A stretch of DNA of 64,000 nt. It comes from an uncultured delta proteobacterium. GTDB taxonomy: Bacteria; Myxococcota; Kuafuiibacteriia; Kuafuiibacteriales; Kuafuiibacteriaceae. Position numbers and translations under genes: made by a program. Shown here piece after piece: positions 61,501-64,000 of this stretch. The notes under the pieces are model-generated. The model did no database searches. It saw nothing but the letters and a program-made list of their open reading frames with translations, and was not told the DNA's origin. The stretch lies in contig CAWDML010000001.1 in assembly GCA_963803435.1 (NCBI GenBank), positions 288,001-352,000 of the forward strand. The letters are read 5' to 3'. Positions within the stretch are counted from its first letter, which is position 1. Each line of letters starts with the position of its first letter.

Positions 61501-62854
61501 TCAGGCTCTCTTCGAGCGCATCGTCACGAACTCCTCGGCGGCGGTGGGGTGGATGCCAATCGTGCGGTCGAAGTCGGCCTTCTTGGCGCCGCAGCGCAGG
61601 GCGATCGCGACGCCCTGCATGATCTCGGGCGCGTCCGTTCCGACCATGTGGGCCCCGACGACGCGTTCGCTTGCGCTGTCCACCACCAGCTTCATCATGG
61701 CCTTCTCGGCGCGGCCGCTGACCGTCGCCTTGAGCGGCCGGAAGCGGGAGATGAAGACGTCGACCTCGCCCAGGCGGAGGACCGCCTCGGCCTCGGTGAG
61801 CCCGACCGTGGCCACCGGCGGGCTGGAGAACACGGCCGTGGGGATCTGCTCGTAGTCGAGCGCGGTGGGCCAGCCACCGAACACGTTCCCCGCGAAGGCG
61901 TTGGCCTCCGCGAGCGCGACCGGCGTGAGCTGCATGCGATTGATGACGTCGCCCAGAGCGTAGATGTGGGGGACGTTCGTGCGCAGGCGGTCGTCGACGA
62001 CGATCGCGCCGGCCGCATCGACGGCGACACCGGCCGCCTCCAGGCCCAGCTGCTCGGTGTTGGGGAGCCTGCCCACGGCGCAGAGCACGAGATCGGTCTC
62101 GATCGAGCCTCCGCCCTTCAGGGTCGCGCGCAGCCCGCCGGGGACGCGGCGGATTCTGCTCGACGGTCTCGAGCAGGTGCAGCTCGATCCCGCGGGTCGC
62201 CAGGTGGTCGGTCAGCGTCGCCCGCACGTCCTCGTCGAAGCCGCGGAGCACTGCGTGGGCCCGGTGGACCAGCGTCACCCGGGAACCCAGCCCGTTCATG
62301 ATGCTGGCGAACTCGACCGCGATGTAACCGCCGCCGACCACCAGCAGGCGCTCGGGCATCCGCTCGAGGTGGAACATCTGATCGGAGTACACGACCAGGT
62401 CGGTCCCGGGCACCGCCGGCCGGGCGGGACGGCTGCCGGTGGCGATCAGCACGTTGCGGGCGGTGAGGCGCGACCCGCCGACGTCGAGCGTGTGCGGATC
62501 GACGAAGCGCGCCTGGCCCTCGATGACCGTGGCTCCCGCGTCCTCGAGGACCTTCCGGTAGACGTCGTTGAGCCGCGCGATCTCGGTGTCCTTGTTCTTG
62601 ATCAAGCGCTTCCAGTCGAAGCGCGGCGCCGAGGTGTCCCATCCGAACGGGATCGCATCCTCGACCTCTTCGCGGAAGTGTCCCGCGTAGCTCATCAGCT
62701 TCTTGGGTATGCAACCCAGGTTGACACAGGTCCCACCGAGGTGGCCTTTCTCCACCACTGCAACCTTGGCGCCGAACGAGGCGGCGAGACGGCTCGCCCG
62801 CACGCCGCCCGAGCCGGCGCCGATCGTGAGGAGATCGAAGTCGTAGTCGGTCAC
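61501..62854 (-). CDS. gor: Glutathione-disulfide reductase; frameshift at 62152-62156
   Basis: YDFDLLTIGAGSGGVRASR, GGTCVNLGCIPKK and GGGYIAVEFA. Repair gives EQIRRVPGGL..., then LTPVAL and C-terminal IGIHPTAAEEFVTMR. Confidence 0.93.
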
Positions 62855-62958
62855 GCCTTTTCTCCGTATCACGATCTGATTCGCGCCCTGAACTGCGAGA
62901 TCGAGCGGGCACCATCGGGGCTGGCCACTGCCCCGGCACCGCCGTATAGAATCGCCGG

Positions 62959-63663
62959 ATGTCAGAGAACCCCTTCGAGGCGCCGAGGTACGTCGAGTCA
63001 CCCCCGTCGGCGCCGATCGCGGCGCGCTTCGACGTACGAAAAACGATCGGTGATGCGTGGCGGGCGGTGATCGGCGACCTCGGCGTGGTCATCATCGCCT
63101 CGGTGATCTTTCTCTCGACGTCGCTCGCGGCCATCCTGACCGTGCTCGGCTTCTTCCTCTTCTTCCCGGTCCTGCTCTACGGCGGGGTGAAGCTCGTGCT
63201 CAATCTCCAGGACGGCATCGCGGGCTACACGGACCTCGGCGACGCCTTCCCGAAGTACTGGTCCGCGCTCGGCGACATGCTCCTGATGATGTTGTTCCAG
63301 AGCATGGTCTACCTCCCCTGCTGGGTGCTCGCGTTCGGCGGCGAGATCATCGGGATCCGGTCGGTCGCCGTGGGAGGACAGCTCGCCGCCTTGGCGGTCG
63401 CGGCCCTGCTGGTGTCGAGGTTCGTCTTTGCCCCCTTCTACCTGGTCGACAGCGAGCTCGGCGCCGCCGAGGCGATGAGGGCCTCATGGGCGGCGACCAG
63501 CGAGCAGAAGCTGATGACGTTGCTCTTGATCGTCGCCTCCGCGGTGATCGCCTCGCTCGGCGTCGCCTGTGGGTTCGGCGCGCTGGTCTCGATCCCCATG
63601 AGCTACGTCATGTTCGCGTCGGCGTACCGCCAGATGAACCCGCGACGAACAGCACCCCGGTGA
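62959..63663 (+). CDS. Integral membrane protein (DUF975/glycerophosphodiester phosphodiesterase membrane domain-like)
   Basis: MSENPFEAP start, multiple TM helices and FAPFYLVDSELGAAEAMRASWAAT. Confidence 0.75.
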   Translation: MSENPFEAPRYVESPPSAPIAARFDVRKTIGDAWRAVIGDLGVVIIASVIFLSTSLAAILTVLGFFLFFPVLLYGGVKLVLNLQDGIAGYTDLGDAFPKYWSALGDMLLMMLFQSMVYLPCWVLAFGGEIIGIRSVAVGGQLAALAVAALLVSRFVFAPFYLVDSELGAAEAMRASWAATSEQKLMTLLLIVASAVIASLGVACGFGALVSIPMSYVMFASAYRQMNPRRTAPR

Positions 63664-64000
63664 GGGCGCCCGCGAGGTGGGCCACCGGCAAGGGCGTGAC
63701 CCCGGAGGCCAGCTCCATCGGCAGCAGCATCCCACCCGACAGCGACTCGTACATCAGCTTGATCGCGTGCAGCGCGAGCAGCGCCCCGATCATCCAACTC
63801 CGGCTCCGCCGCCAGTCCTCGATGAGGGCGGCGCTGAAGAGGCCGTTCACCGCGCCCGAGAGGCCGAAGTAGCACCCGAGATCGACGCGGGTCGCGACGA
63901 CCACCGCGGTCGGGACCAGCAGACACAGCAGCATCAGCGGCAGATACCGCGGGCCGAAAGAGCGCTCCCAGACGGCGCCCACCAGGAGCAGCATCGTCAG
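63608..64000 (-). CDS. Rhomboid protease, rhombosortase-like; 5' part lies outside the window
   Basis: YFGLSGAVNGL (GxSG), KLMYE and VAHLAGALTG, as seen in rhombosortases. Confidence 0.72.
   Translation of the reverse strand: MTMLLLVGAVWERSFGPRYLPLMLLCLLVPTAVVVATRVDLGCYFGLSGAVNGLFSAALIEDWRRSRSWMIGALLALHAIKLMYESLSGGMLLPMELASGVTPLPVAHLAGALTGVLFVAGSSGGTPTRT

Noticed and set aside
7320-62156. Widespread pseudogenisation or programmed frameshifting
   Set aside because: The affected genes are functionally unrelated and show no other decay or slippery heptamers. The shifts share one motif, so a sequencing artefact is the simpler explanation.
10185-62156. GANTC (CcrM-type) motif as the cause of the frameshifts
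   Set aside because: The GAWTC strings are the product of the error. The frame-restoring sequence is GATC in each case.
1-64000. CRISPR arrays, tRNA/rRNA, IS elements, integrases, prophage and defence systems
   Set aside because: I saw no spaced direct repeats, RNA-gene signatures or transposase/integrase/nuclease motifs. Intergenic gaps are short and composition looks uniform. Small ncRNAs cannot be excluded without a covariance search.

Overview
A gene-dense, very GC-rich (about 70% by eye) bacterial chromosome segment, most likely from a Myxococcota/deltaproteobacterial lineage: it has three MYXO-CTERM-like tails, an FHA membrane protein, orphan histidine kinases and many TPR lipoproteins. 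About 54 CDSs can be supported. I found no rRNA, tRNA, CRISPR array or mobile element. Recognisable genes include a sulfite/nitrite reductase with cysG, a peroxiredoxin, an MscS channel, pckA, apbE, lon, a bacterioferritin, gor and a PLP decarboxylase. Three observations stand out. (1) A divergent locus places apbE-DUF4266 opposite a 7-gene run: a DUF2271-like/FN3/CFI-box-CTERM protein with non-canonical flavinylation-like motifs, DUF3570, TPR, a PAP2/beta-barrel fusion, a TonB-dependent-receptor-like protein and two YeeE/YedE proteins. It looks like a variant extracytosolic flavinylation system. (2) Nine of ten frameshifts in otherwise intact genes sit on GAATC/GATTC and are repaired by restoring GATC, which points to systematic read errors at a modified GATC motif rather than pseudogenes. 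(3) One gene may encode a bacterial caleosin/heme-thiolate-peroxygenase-like protein. All family calls come from motif recognition by eye; no database searches were run.
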